From Camelus ferus (Eukaryota): 64,000 bases of DNA. Shown piece by piece: positions 1 to 12,159 of this stretch. Positions within the stretch are counted from its first letter, which is position 1. Every line of letters starts with the position of its first letter. The stretch is taken from contig NC_045696.1 of assembly GCF_009834535.1 (NCBI RefSeq), forward strand, positions 115,446,001 to 115,510,000. The letters run 5' to 3'. Made by a program: the position numbers and the translations under genes. A model generated the notes under the pieces. The model worked only from the letters and a program-made list of their open reading frames with translations, had not been told where the DNA came from and ran no database searches.

Positions 1-454
1 ATGCTGGAGCTAAAATCAAATGTCAGCTAAGGTCTGATGCCGGGGAAAACAATCAGATCAGTACTGAATTACCTTCCTGTTAAAGACTTCACCTTCCAGT
101 GCTAATTATTAGTTTATCGTGTTTTATTCATTAATCGGAATTATTTTCAAGCGTGTCAGAGCATTTCAGGTGGGTTGGGTTATGATGAGAAAGACCACAC
201 GAACATCCCCTCTGCAAGTTTGTGATGCATTTAGCTAAAGATGTGGTTCTCAATGGAAGCAAAATGCTTTACAGGGTAGGAGGAAGCAAACCCTCTTCCA
301 CCCACTGTTTTCTACTCTCTCGATTCTGTCTAGGTGAGAAGTGGGAGAGGCAGGGGCACAACTGCTGACAACACCTGCTGCAGATGTGATTTTTTTCCAG
401 ATTCATTAAGAAAAGCACAGGTTATGCCGAATTGTTGCCATCGCATACTAGCTA

Positions 455-902
455 TGTCAGTTTCCTAGGGCTGCTGAAATAAACTATCATAAACTCTGAT
501 GGCTTAGAACAACAGAAATTCATCCTCTCCCAATTCTGGAGGCTAGAAGTCCAAAGTCAATGTGTCAGCAGGATTGGTCCCTCCTTAGGGGCTTAAAGGG
601 AGAATCTGTTCCATGCCTTCTAGCTTTCTGGGGTTGCCTGCGGTCCTTGGCTTGTCCATTCCCACCTCTGCCTTTGTTTTCACACTGGGGATCTCCCCCT
701 GTGTCTTCACACCGCCTTCCTCCACAGGACTGTGTCTCTTCTCCTTTTCTAATAAGGACACCAGTCACACTGGATTTAGGACCCACCCTCATCTTCACTA
801 ATGACATCTGCAAAGATCCTGTTTCCAAGTAGGACCACATTCTCAGGTTCTCGAGGTAGGATGCAACACATCTGTTTTGGGGAGAGAGATCAACCCACTG
901 AA
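455..902 (-). mobile_element. MaLR solo LTR (MLT1B/C/D-like)
   Basis: Begins tgtcagtttcctagggctgctg and contains aacaacagaaattcatcctctcccaattctggaggctagaagtcc and ataaggacaccagtcacactggatttaggacccaccctc, typical of MLT1 in reverse orientation. Confidence 0.85.
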
Positions 903-1134
903 GGCTTACCTCATCTTTCCCAGGGAACTTACACATCCATACTGTACCCTGACCTTGAATGCGTTATTTACAAACTTAGGACTTCCCTAATTCTTGAGCC
1001 CAACCAGCACCACCAAAGGCTCCACCTTGATTGCTGAAGTTTGAGGTGGCAGACAACCATTTCAGACTCCACATCTTTGCCCCAACTTTTCTATTTCTCA
1101 AACATTCTACCCCTTGCAGCCCACATTCAATCCT

Positions 1135-1305
1135 GTTGTTTTAGGTTGGGGCCCCCAGATGTGGAGTCTGAAGTGGGACTGTCATGAAAGTTGTTTTTAA
1201 CAGAGGATGTGCTCCCTGGAGAAGAGGAATGAGGGAAGCAGGACAGGGCCAGGGAAGAAAGCTGAGGACCAGCTGCAGACTGTTTTCATGGGAAGCTCTG
1301 AATAT
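1135..1305 (-). mobile_element. ERVL-class LTR fragment (LTR33/LTR16-like)
   Basis: ggttggggcccccagatgtggagtctga...gagggaagcaggacagggccagggaagaaagctgag resembles the end of old ERVL LTRs. Confidence 0.5.
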
Positions 1306-1461
1306 TTTCAATAGCTCTTTCAAATAGTATTTGATCTTTAATATAATCCAAAGGTAAGGTATTAAGAGAGACAGATGTGGTCAGGAAAAATGCTGAACTG
1401 AGAAAAAAAAAGATGGCTACCATCAGTTCTTAGGACCATTGGCAAGTCATGGGCCATCTTT

Positions 1462-1595
1462 GGGTAAACTGATGAGCAATCCTAGTTTGCCTGGAACACT
1501 TCCAACGAACACCTGTTGCGCTGATGTAACCATCAATAGAGCTCCATTTGAAGCTCAAAAATGTCCTAGTTTGGTTGATAAATTGTTTGGATAGT
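1462..1595. mobile_element. hAT-Blackjack MITE (MER81-like)
   Basis: cctagtttgcctggaacact...cctgttgcgctgatgtaaccatcaatagagctccatttgaagctcaaaaatgtcctagtttggttgataaatt follows the MER81 consensus layout. Confidence 0.65.
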
Positions 1596-2552
1596 TTTGT
1601 TTTGTTTTGTTTTTGACTCTCCTTTTCCCAATTTACAAAATGAGCCAGTTGAAATAGATGACATACAATGAGCCTTCCAAGAGTAAAATTTTCTGCATGG
1701 TACTTTCTGTTTAATAAAACATGTTGCTTTTGAGGGAATCTACTTGGGAAAGAAACAAAGTTTCCTTCAAGAAGATAGTTGTTATTTTACCTTATAAAGA
1801 AAGTTATTCCGTGTTCTTATTTTTCCATTCTTCCATCTCCTATTCATTCTTCCATTCTCCATCCATCCATCCATGCATTCCTTAATAGTGTGCAGTTTTA
1901 ATGTGCCCTAAAGTGTAGCAGATAAGTGAGGGGAAGGTAATAAAAATGTATTCAGCATGAGTCACTATGCCAAATCCTATGCTTTAATTCTTTTTTTCAT
2001 CTTATCAATGATCAGGGGGTAAAATAGTAAATCCACGTATGACTAATATAAAATAAATGGAACCAGAGAGATAGAGCAGTTGCCCCAAGATAACTGGTAA
2101 GTAAGCTTTGGAGTCATTACTTAGATCAAGAATTCAATGCCAATTTTTTTTTCCAACACATAATGCAAGAATTTTAATCAGGGTCTTTCACAGGGAGAAT
2201 AGCAAAATGTCCAAGAATCTAGCTAAAGAATAGATGATTGGAAGTTGTTTGTAGTACAGGTGAAGGGCACAGTTTTTCACTGTTGAGGAATAATAACGTT
2301 GACAATGATCACAGTGATGATGAGATGACGATTCTGAGCTTATTTCAGATTCAGAGCATTTCACTGTCCGCCACCTTTCCTTCGGCAGGACTTGAGATGT
2401 TCAGACCAAAGTGCAAAGTATGCCCAGCCATCAACCCCTCCTCTGCTCTTGGCAATACCTGTTGTATTCAGATCACAGATTCCTTTCATTTGGTCTTCAG
2501 TGTATTTGCTTTAATGCAGTGATGAGATTGATGTTAGAAGCGTCATCGATTA

Positions 2553-2605
2553 CTCAGCACTACGGAGACGCCATGATGGACTAGTGAGTTCTTTGACAGC
2601 TGTCA
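2553..2605 (+). promoter_or_regulatory. RE1/REST-like site followed by a palindromic TALE-homeodomain (MEIS/TGIF/PKNOX) site
   Basis: CTCAGCACTACGGAGACGCC at 2553-2572 resembles RE1 TTCAGCACCACGGACAGCGCC. Perfect palindrome TGACAGCTGTCA at 2594-2605. Motif match only. Confidence 0.35.
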
Positions 2606-3837
2606 GAAACCAGGAAATCCCGGCTGCTGGATGAGGGATTTCCCTGCCCCCAGGAACAAGGGCTCCAGCCAATGCAGGTGAAACGTATGACACGAAACAG
2701 ACATCTTAAATATGGTAGAAAAATTTACAAGGCCAAATTTGCCTTCCACTTTCTGGCACAAGAATACCAGCTTATCTTAGGATCTGGGCTAATGACATAA
2801 AGGCCAAGAGATAATTCATTCTTTACAGTTTTGAAGCATTTAAAACAAATAGTATCAACTGTTCAACAACTAAAGAGTCCCTTGAGAGGTGTTTGTCCAA
2901 ATATGGTACATAGACCACTCCCATCAGAATCCCCAGGAAAGCTCATAATGCACCTCACAGAAAGAGTCAGAAGGCAGTGCCCTTGCTGGCTCCAACTCTC
3001 TTGATGATTCTCGTGTACACTAACCCAGTGTCTAAAAGAGCCACTTGTTCCAGCATCTTTTAGTCGTCTTCCTTCGTACCTTTGGCAGAATACACAACCC
3101 TGGAGTCCCATCACCACTGTGACAGGGCTTTTTCTGCACAAAGGGGTTTTTCCACTTTGGCGGCAATCTTCTGTAACGGATAGCACATTATTCCAGTGAA
3201 AGATGCATTCGTTTGGAATTTGGCATTCGTGGATCCCACGCCTCCTCCATAGAGAAAATAAACACCTTGGAATATGTGTATGTACTTCTCCTTTTCTGTG
3301 ATGACTCCATAATTCTCCATAATAAAGGACAGGTAAATTGTGTTTCATAGATATAAGCACTATGCAGATCAACCACAATCCAAATAGGAGGGGTTAGACG
3401 CCAACGTCTATGATTATATTGCTGAGGCAATTTCTAAAGAGTTCACATGTCCCAGCTGACACTGAATTCCACTTCAAGGACAAAGCACACACAAAGTATT
3501 TCCAGCTCCAAATCTAAAGGGCGCCCTGGACCCCTACACTGCATATCCCTGCCTGCCACCCACCATGCCCGAGAGTCTTGTAACTCGAGGTGCCAGCAGA
3601 TAATCAGAGGACACGGTTCTGGGGTGACAATCTGAAGCCTTCCGATCCAACCACACACATATTTTGGACTAGAAAGTGCGTTTCCCTAAGTCATCCTCCC
3701 TTTCCACGATGTTCAGCTTGATAAAGTCAGTTATATTTGGGTCTGGAAACATCGACTAGTTGCTGCCAACCATCTGTTTCATAGTGAGGTAACTTCACGT
3801 CATTGCTGCCTTAATAAACTCGCCCAACAATTATGCT

Positions 3838-3995
3838 ATTTACTCTCTGCATGAGCTTGAGCCAGTTATCAAATTATTCTGTGCTAAGTTTCCCTACCTG
3901 TGACATGGGGATACTAATATTTCATTCACATCATTACCTGTTTAACTTAACACAGGTAAAGTGCTCAAAACCGCACCTGGCACATAATAAGCATT
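3838..3995 (+). mobile_element. MIR SINE
   Basis: ctgtgctaagtttccctacctgtgacatggggatactaata...gtaaagtgctcaaaaccgcacctggcacataataagca is a MIR core and 3' end. Confidence 0.7.
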
Positions 3996-5257
3996 ATAGA
4001 AATATTACATTCTTCTTCTTATTCTTATTTCTCAGTATGCCTTGTACAGACAAGCAAGAGTTCTTTAGCCAAAACTGGTATTTTCAGAGAACAGACATTT
4101 TTAAACTCCTGATTTTGTGTGTGTGCACATTCATATTTCTATTGGTTTGAACATTAGTGTTAAGGAGAAAAATGTCTGTGCCTGTATTTCTGTGTGCTTG
4201 GATGACTTCAATTATTTTTATTTAGAAAAAAAAATACGTTTTAACTTGTAGGGAGGTTCTTGGGTTTAGAAATAGCAATAGTTACCGTTTTGGAGGCACT
4301 TATAATTGACTAGACCCTTTCTATACATTATCTTGTTTATTTTTTGTAAAAATCCTTTGCGCTCAGTATTATGAGGCCCAATTTATAAAAGAGACAGTTC
4401 ATGGTCTCAGAAGTTAAGCAATCAGAACAAGACCAAATAGCAAGTAAGGACTACCATAGATATTTACACCCAAGTCTTTTTTCTTTAAAACCAGTTGCTC
4501 TTTTATTTAATCATCTCCTGAATTAATGAATTTTTAATTAGTGAGCTTTAAAGGTAGTGATGCCTAGATTTCTATTAGGTCTTATCATTAAGTTCAGCCA
4601 TCCACCCAGCCGGCCATCCAACAAACATTTCTTTAAAAAACAATTTACTAAGCAATTGGGGTTTAAAAAAATGCGTAAAATCTAGCATCTGCCTTGAGAA
4701 TTTCATGCTTTAGGCAGTAAATGGGCATGCAGATGAATAAATGCAGATTATGCTAGGGAAGTGTGCAGCATGCTATGAGAACCAAAAAAGAGGTGCCTAA
4801 CTTCTAGGTGGACGAGGAGAGACAGGAGGTGAGGGCAGGTTTCTGGATGAGAGAGCATTTCAGAAAGTTGGAGGAGGGTCTGAAATTTGTCTAGAGTCAC
4901 ACAGGAAGGGACGCTGTGGTCTTTCTAAACAATGAAGTTCTGGTCTACAGAGGCTGGGCAAGTATTTTTCAGACAGCGAGACATTCAGTAAGAGGAGCCT
5001 TCAGCTGATGTTAAATCCACTCACTGACGACCACGGAGGAGAGAGGTGGGGTAGGCTGTGGGGTGAGTGAATTCGCAGCTGTTTGGCATTTCAACAGAGG
5101 TTACTTGGAACTTGGCTTGATTTCATCGGTTCAACTGCCTAATTCCTCAAGTAATTATGTGTGTAACAATTATTTAATGATCTATCTTGTATTCTTTCTT
5201 TTACTCCATCATCCCCTATTCCTTGTAAACTGCAAGACTCTTACTTCTGCCTTCCAG

Positions 5258-5555
5258 GTATGAATTGATTGGAAATGGAATCAGGGCAATTCCTCAGCCA
5301 AGTCAGCTTCCTAGCGGCAGATTCAGAAATGACGTCCAACAGAGATCCATCCTTTTAAATCAAACTCTCATCCTGGACACTGTTTCTCCAATAACTCCAG
5401 AGAATTCTGAAAAAAACATTAACCAGCCCTTGAAAACCAAAGCATTTTCTACTTGTGATAATAATTTACGGAGAGGGAAGAAAGGGTGGTTTTCAGATTC
5501 AACACAGGAAGAACAGAACATCGAGGGCTGTTCAGATGGAGAGGCAAGAATCTGA
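5258..5555 (+). CDS. Candidate terminal coding exon of an unidentified gene (...YELIGNGIRAIPQ...CSDGEARI*)
   Basis: Good acceptor ttacttctgccttccag|G at 5257/5258. About 98 open codons to TGA at 5553-5555 in non-repeat DNA, with AATAAA at 5571-5576. Protein not recognised; the alternative phase gives an immediate V* and the exon would then be mostly UTR. Confidence 0.45.
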
Positions 5556-5570
5556 AATCTCTCCTCAGTG

Positions 5571-5576
5571 AATAAA
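5571..5576 (+). promoter_or_regulatory. Candidate polyadenylation signal
   Basis: AATAAA 15 nt after the candidate stop codon, with a second variant ATTAAA near 5600. Confidence 0.4.
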
Positions 5577-6249
5577 GTTATTTGGAGAGCCATTTATTTA
5601 TTAAAAATGTGCATGTTGCTATGATACACATTTGCAACAGGCAAATAACTTTGCTAACGTTGCGGATCCCTGGAGGGCACTGCATGGTGGGTGTATGGTA
5701 ACCCAGGTTGCCAAGCCAGACTCCTCCGTCCCCTCCGGGTAGAGTGAAACCTGGACGTCATGCCCCTCTCCTTGTGGCAAAGAAGGATAAGGTACTGACT
5801 CATCTCAGAGGACTGGTTGACAAATTCCCGGATTCAATGGGATTGTGTATTTATTACAATTTTCCATCATAAGAAAAGACTTATTCCTATGTCAGTCTGC
5901 CTGTGTTCAATTTAAGACAGGCTTTTGGTCAAAATACCTTATGAAATCTCTGTTTTCTTGCTTGTCTTGTGAATTTTCCCCAGAGTTTCCCAGACAAATG
6001 CTTTGTGGAGTAAAGTTAGAGAAGCAGGGCTGTTGGGGTGGGGCGGGTAAGAGTGATGGGGAGCATCTGATGTAAAGAAAGAGAACGTGCTCATGGTTCA
6101 GTGAGGTGTGTAAACTATGAATCACAAACACTAAGATCAAGGAGTCAGTGTCACGGACACAAATTGCCTTCACCACAAAATATGTCATCTAACTGATAAC
6201 GTTACCTAACAATAAAAAGTCAGTGCGCCGGCTGCCGAGAAGGCATGCT

Positions 6250-6440
6250 TTGGATATGTAATGCCCGGGTTAGAATCCGGGCTCGGACACAACTCACTCT
6301 GTATCCTCAGGAAAACTACATAACCCCTCTGTGCCTCATCCTTATTGGCAAAATAAGGCTAACCATAGTGCATAACTCACAGAATTACTGGAAGGATCAG
6401 TGAAATAATGTATGTAACTTGCTTAGCGCGTTGTCCTGCA
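6250..6440 (+). mobile_element. MIR SINE
   Basis: cccgggttagaatccgggctc...aacccctctgtgcctca...gaaggatcagtgaaataatgtatgtaacttgcttagc. Confidence 0.7.
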
Positions 6441-6616
6441 TTCAAGAGCAGTGAAAGCAACTTACAACCTCGTTAATGTTTAGCAAATGCCCATGCCTTG
6501 TATGTGCCGTCGCAGTGTCATAGGGAAGAACAATTCTGACTCCATATTAGCTCTGTTCCTTTAGCTACAACCTGTGCTCTTTCTCCTGGGCTCAGTCATG
6601 CTGGCTCTGCACCTTT

Positions 6617-7023
6617 TGTAACAGAATGTTGCCTAGGGCCTGAAATATGCAGGAGAGCCCACTCTCAAGGCTCTGACCTTTAAGGATATTAACACTTTAA
6701 CATTCATATGAAAATAAAAAGTTGCAACATTTATTTTGTTGGAGGTTTACAGGGACACCATGACCTGATCTGCATGGACAGCTGCAAGAACAAAGGATTC
6801 AAAGAACAAAGAATTCCTACACCAAGAAGTTTGCACTAACCAACCACACCCCCTCCCATTTTTAGTATAAAAGGAGCCTGAATTCTGACTCGGGGAAGAT
6901 GGTTCTCCAGAAGATTAGTCTGCCGGCTTTCCGAATAAAGTCATTATTCCTTGCCCCGACACCTCGTCTCCCGATTTGTGGACCTGTCATGCAGCGAGCA
7001 GAACGAGTTTGGACTCAGTAACA
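6617..7023 (+). mobile_element. ERV1-class solo LTR
   Basis: TGTAACA...GTAACA termini, TATAAAA at 6866, AATAAA at 6934, near-match 4-bp TSD (cttt/ctat). Confidence 0.85.
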
Positions 7024-7029
7024 CTATCC

Positions 7030-7225
7030 CAAGAGTTATATGTGAATGACCTCATTCTGTTCTCATAATAACCCTACCTGATAAGGAATCTTATTATTGT
7101 CCATCTTAGAAATGAGGAAACTAAAGTGTTAAGTCAGGTGCAGTGTCCCGAGGTCTCACAAGGGTAAAATTAGGACTCAGACTCAGGCAGTGACTCCAGA
7201 GTCCACGGTTAAAAGCACTGATCAT
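7030..7225 (-). mobile_element. MIR SINE
   Basis: ctcataataaccctac...ttattattgtccatcttagaaatgaggaaactaaag is a reverse MIR core. Confidence 0.7.
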
Positions 7226-7454
7226 GCCCTGGGCTTAGGGCTGTTCCTGGGACGTTGCAGACATTACAGGAATAGCAGCTCTTCTTTTCCTTATTATTAA
7301 TGATGAAGTAGATGTCTTGGAAGGCAGGGACCTGCAGCTATTCAGAGTTTGGTTAATCACCCTCAAAGAATTCTGGATGAAGGATGACTCCAGTTTGTAA
7401 AAAAAAATATTAATAAGCCTTAAATGACCCTTTCAACTCTGCAGTGGCTTTGAA

Positions 7455-7645
7455 AACAGGCTGATGTGGGTCAAAAATCTTGACTCTGCCACTTTTTAGT
7501 TATGAGACCCTGGACATGGTGTTTAACATCAATGAAAACCTCAGTTGCCTGTAAAATCAAGATAGTAACATCCATATTATAAGGATTTAATGGAAATAAT
7601 GTGCATAGAATTGGGCACACTGCTTGATACATGCTAAGTACTTGT
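7455..7645 (+). mobile_element. MIR SINE
   Basis: gactctgccactttttagttatgagaccctgg...cctcagttgcctgtaaaat...gggcacactgcttgatacat. Confidence 0.7.
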
Positions 7646-9554
7646 CAGGTGATAGCAACAATTTCCAATATTATCGTAATATTTATATTATTAGTTTTAT
7701 ACTTCTTAAGTCTGTTTTATTCTCTAGTCTCATCTTTTTATATTGGACCACTTAACATCATAGAGGAGACACATTTTTCAGATGGCTCTGTACTCTCTCC
7801 AAGGAAAAGACAGAATAAGGTACCCAAGGTTAAAGGAAGATGGAAAAGACTAGAAGGAAACATTGGAAATGAAAGAATTGGGGTTAAAAACAAAGAAGAG
7901 AGGAGATATAGGAGGCCTGTGTGGCCAGCTTCTCATTTTGGCCTAAATCTGGGGCCACTGCTAAGCACTGTTAATTCTGAGGATGAATTGAAGCAGTGGC
8001 TTTCACTGACCACTGCAAAAGCCCGTGTACTCCCAGCAACAAGGAGAAAAGGCGACGGCCCCACTTGGGTCAAGTAGACTCAACGTACCTAGTTTCATCT
8101 CCAGGGGCAATGACTCTAAGCCCGCCCCAGACTCCCCGGCCTCCGCAGTGAAGGAAACACGGCGAGTTCCGCGTTGGCCTTTATGACGGAGCTGTGGCAC
8201 TTAATCAGAGGACAAAGATCATATCCCAACAGAGATAAATGACCCTGATGGGACCTAATCAAGGTGAAGACCCCAAAATGTAACATATTTACGTAAACAT
8301 ACGGGGCTCAAAGTACACATTTGAACGCTTTAAGGATGACCCCAAACTCATATTTTTTTAATAGAAATATTGACCTGGATCCAGCCAATTTAACATCCTT
8401 TTTTTGTGTGTGGGGGGGAGAAAAGAAGAGATTATTAATAGGTCCATTTTCATTTTTGAAGAGTTTCTTTCCCTTCACAGGTTTCAGGCGATGCAGAAGG
8501 AGGGAGGGTGGGAGGAGGGCGTTCTAGGGAGAGCTAACTGAGTATCACAAAGAGAATGAAACGGAAGCAGAAAATGCAGGCTCCGTGTACTTCTCACACT
8601 ATAGTTAGGCTGTCACTAATGTGGCTATTAACTTTTCATGTTCAGATTTATTATGCTGTCATTATAACACTTTGCTGATGTATCGAGCCACTATTACATA
8701 TTTGTTGGCATTTCATCTCTTTATGGGAAACAAGTGATTACCCGTTGCCAAGGAGACTAATAAGGAGTGTGCAAGCAAAGGACTGCAGAGTTCTTGTTGG
8801 AAGATAACAAGTTGCTGGTATTTTATTTTTGATTAAATTGTAAACCACCTCATTGTTCGAAGAAAAAAAATCACCTCCTTTCTCCCATTAAAAAAAAAAA
8901 CAAAAAACCCAGCATACTTACTCGAATGGTACGTCTGAAGACTTTTTAAAAAACAAAATAGATGACCATGATAGAACAAAAATATTTTGCAAAATGATAA
9001 TTTCTAATAAGCTTCCCTAGAAAGAAAACTTATTTCTGGGATTTTTGGAAGTTTTCTTCTCCATCAGAGAACCATGGAGCCAAAATATGGCCCAAGTATT
9101 TCCAAAAAGGTTATGAATATGAATTATAGATTTCCTTAGACTCTGTGACACTCGTTTCAAGAAAGTTACACAGGCTTTAAAGTTGGGCAAATGTGGGTAT
9201 GCTTTCGCAATATGGTGGCTGTTGACTTTGCCCAAATTGCTTGTCTTCTTGTGTTCCTTCCCTTGCTTACAAAATAGAGAAAATTACATATACCGCAAGC
9301 ATTGCTGTGCCCATTCAATAACATGTTTTAATCACCTAAAATAGGTCATTTCCATGTGCCTCCCAATACTTCAAGTCATTATTCATTGAATTCAAGCCTT
9401 TATTGAATAACTGCGTTTACTTGGGGACACAAATACGAGTAAGACACTGCACGGTCTCCAAACTCAGAATTGTTGCAGCCGTCTAGTAAGTCATCCAGAT
9501 ACATGAAAACATAATGTGAATAATATGCTTTCAGTATGATTGTAAAGTGTGTTT

Positions 9555-9940
9555 GTTGGGGTCATGCTCATTGCTGTGATGTGAATCTCTAAATGTCACC
9601 AGCTTAGCACTTTTTATTAATGATTACAACAGATGTGTTCCTAATGGTTAGGATGATGGGATTCCGATGCTCACTTAGTACCCAGGATCCTTTCATCTGA
9701 TGATTCTGTCCTTTCCTGGAAGCATTTGCTTAATCTTCAGCGTAGCAGACAGAGAGGATAGAGGATTATCCTGGAGAGGTTCTCCGAGGCCAGACATGGG
9801 CGAGTCTCCTGTCACTTCCACTTGAATTCCATTGGCTAGAAATCAATTGCAAAGCCACATGGAAACGACAAGGGGAACTGGGAAATGCCAGCTAGCTTTC
9901 AGCCCAGGACGAGCAAAGTGGCTTATGAGCATCTGGATCG
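9555..9940 (-). mobile_element. Old MaLR LTR (MLT1K/L-like)
   Basis: cccaggatcctttcatct...gtcacttccacttgaattccattggctagaa...aaggggaactgggaaatg. Confidence 0.6.
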
Positions 9941-10171
9941 CTTCCACTTCTTGGAAGAAATGATCAATGAGTTCTGTTGAAAAAATAAGTAAGCGTTATT
10001 TAGGCAACAAAGGCCATGAGATGAGGGTTTGAGGCAGTGGAAACAATGTACGTAAAGGCTTAGAATAAGTAAAATAATAGAATAAACAGTATATTCAGGA
10101 TATGATGAGCAGTTCAGTGTTACTGGAGCAAAATGTGAGGTGGAGTGTGAGAGGTAATGTGGAAGAGGTGG

Positions 10172-10214
10172 AATAATGATGATAATAATAATAATAATAA
10201 TAATAATGATGATG

Positions 10215-10245
<31 letters not shown>

Positions 10246-10254
10246 CAACAACAA
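10172..10254. repeat. Compound trinucleotide microsatellite (AAT/GAT/AAC)n
   Basis: Direct inspection; explains the poly-Y/H/C ORF at 10095..10433. Confidence 0.95.
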
Positions 10255-10261
10255 CTAATAT

Positions 10262-10460
10262 CTATTGACCACTTCTTATACACCAAGCTCTGTTCTAAAC
10301 ATTTTACATGCACAACTAATTTGATCCTCAGATATCCCATAAGGTAGGCATCATTACTCCCATGACATGAGTGAGGAAGGTAAATAATTTGTCCATGAAT
10401 ATAGAATGAATAAGTGATAAACCTGAGATTCAAACGTAGGCTATGAACTCTAAACCCTAA
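10262..10460 (-). mobile_element. MIR SINE
   Basis: ctattgaccacttcttatacaccaagctctgttctaaacattttacatg...cccataaggtaggcatcattactcccat. Confidence 0.7.
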
Positions 10461-10690
10461 CCCACAAGCATTTGCACACTTCTTCTAGTAAAAGATCATA
10501 TTGACTATAGTTTTGCTGCTACTTTTTAAGAAATTATCAGAGCAATGCTTGTGGTATACGTCATTTTTTCTATTTCGTAAGAAGGGATTCAACCTATTGA
10601 AACTAGCTGAATATGGGAGGGGAGTTTCACTAGAAAACCTGAATTTTAGGTCTAGAGGTCACACTGGTGGTTGGTGGAGGTGAATCATGA

Positions 10691-10868
10691 CAGTGGTTCT
10701 CACACCTAAATGTGTCCGGGACTCACCTGGGGAGTTTATTAATACACAAACAGCTGGGCTGTACCCCCAAGGTTTATGGTTTAGTTGTTCTGGAGTAAGG
10801 TCCAAGATGTGTGTTTCTAACAAGCTCCCAGGAGGTGCTGGGTGAGCCTACATTTTGAGAATTTCTGG
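10691..10868. mobile_element. hAT-Charlie MITE (MER5A-like)
   Basis: cagtggttctca...tcacctggggagttt...tttctaacaagctcccagg...tttgagaatttctg with degenerate TIRs. Confidence 0.75.
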
Positions 10869-11099
10869 ATTAAAAGAGAGTAAACTGGAGATATGCTTAT
10901 TTGGGTCGGCAGTAGTTGATTGATACTTTGAATTAATAAATAGTTAGTTACATAGTATCATAGGCCCTTCCCCATTGTTAAAATGTCACCATTTTTATTC
11001 CATTTTCTGAATTACAAAATGTCTGTGAGACCTCTTTTGATTGACAGTTGTTACCAATTGGAAGAATAGACTCAAGAAATCACTAGCCGGTAAATACGG

Positions 11100-11561
11100 T
11101 GTCAGTTGGCTAGTGTTGTCATAACAAAACAGCACAGCCACATAGCTTACACAATAGAAATTTATATTCCCCCAGTTCCAGAGGCCAAACGTCCAAGATC
11201 AGGGTGCTGAGAGATTTGGTTTCTTCTGAACTCTCTCCTTGGCCTGCAGATGGCCACCTTCTAACCGTGTCCTCATATGACTTTTAATGTGCGTGTGTAC
11301 CCTGGTATTTCGTTGTCTCTTTGTAAGAACACCAGTCCCACTGGACTAGGGCCCCACCCTATGGGCCTCATTTTAATTTAAATACCTCTTTGAAAGCCTT
11401 ATTTCCAAATAGAGTTGCATGGATTAGAGCTCACCCATAGGAACTGATTTCAACTCATTCATCTCTTCAAAGGCTCTATCTCCAAATATGGTTACATTCT
11501 GAGGTACGAGGTATTGGGACTTCAGTATGTGAATTTTGAAAAGACATAGTTCAGCCCACAA
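11100..11561 (-). mobile_element. MaLR solo LTR (MLT1A/B-like) with internal duplication
   Basis: cataacaaaacagcacag...cagttccagaggcc...gtccaagatcaggg...gacatagttcagcccacaa. Confidence 0.8.
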
Positions 11562-12159
11562 ATGTGCTATTTTAAGGCTATTATGAAGTGTTAAGTTTTT
11601 TTTTTTTTGAAGTGTTAAGTTTTTGATGTATGTCAGCAGTAATATAGCGGGTGCTCGATTTTTCCCAAATTGCCCAGTTATTAACATTAGGGTCTAATCA
11701 TTTAGTCAAAGAGCTAAGGCAAAAGTTTTCATCTTTCAGGTATAGGCAAAGATTCAATATTCTCTGTTACTCGGGCTGTATTTTCAGGACAAAATACTCT
11801 GTTGGAATACAGGTACTTCATACATTAATAGTGGGGACATTAAATGGCACAGCCCCATGAAGGAGAATTTGGTAATCTCGAGCAAACTTCCACTGCATTT
11901 TCCCTTTCATGCAGAAGGATCACCTGTAAGAATATATTCCGAAAATATACTATCAAAAGTATGAAAAGAATAATCAAGATAACCCATTGCACAGCTATTA
12001 ATAGTATTATTTTACTAATTATGAAAAACTGAAAACAACCCCAAAACATTAATATGTACCAGTTAAATCATAATATATTAAAAAAATGGAGAATTTTGCA
12101 GATGTAAAAAGAATGAGGAATATATCCATTGATTACTGTATGTTAGGATATATAATTAC

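Noticed and set aside
2863..3378. 171-aa minus-strand ORF
   Set aside because: No recognisable domain, non-ATG start, and competing ORFs in the other frames; consistent with chance.
8912..8945. 20-nt minus-strand microexon (aaaaag|TCTTCAGACGTACCATTCGA|gtaagt)
   Set aside because: Good donor but weak acceptor and no partner exon I can support.
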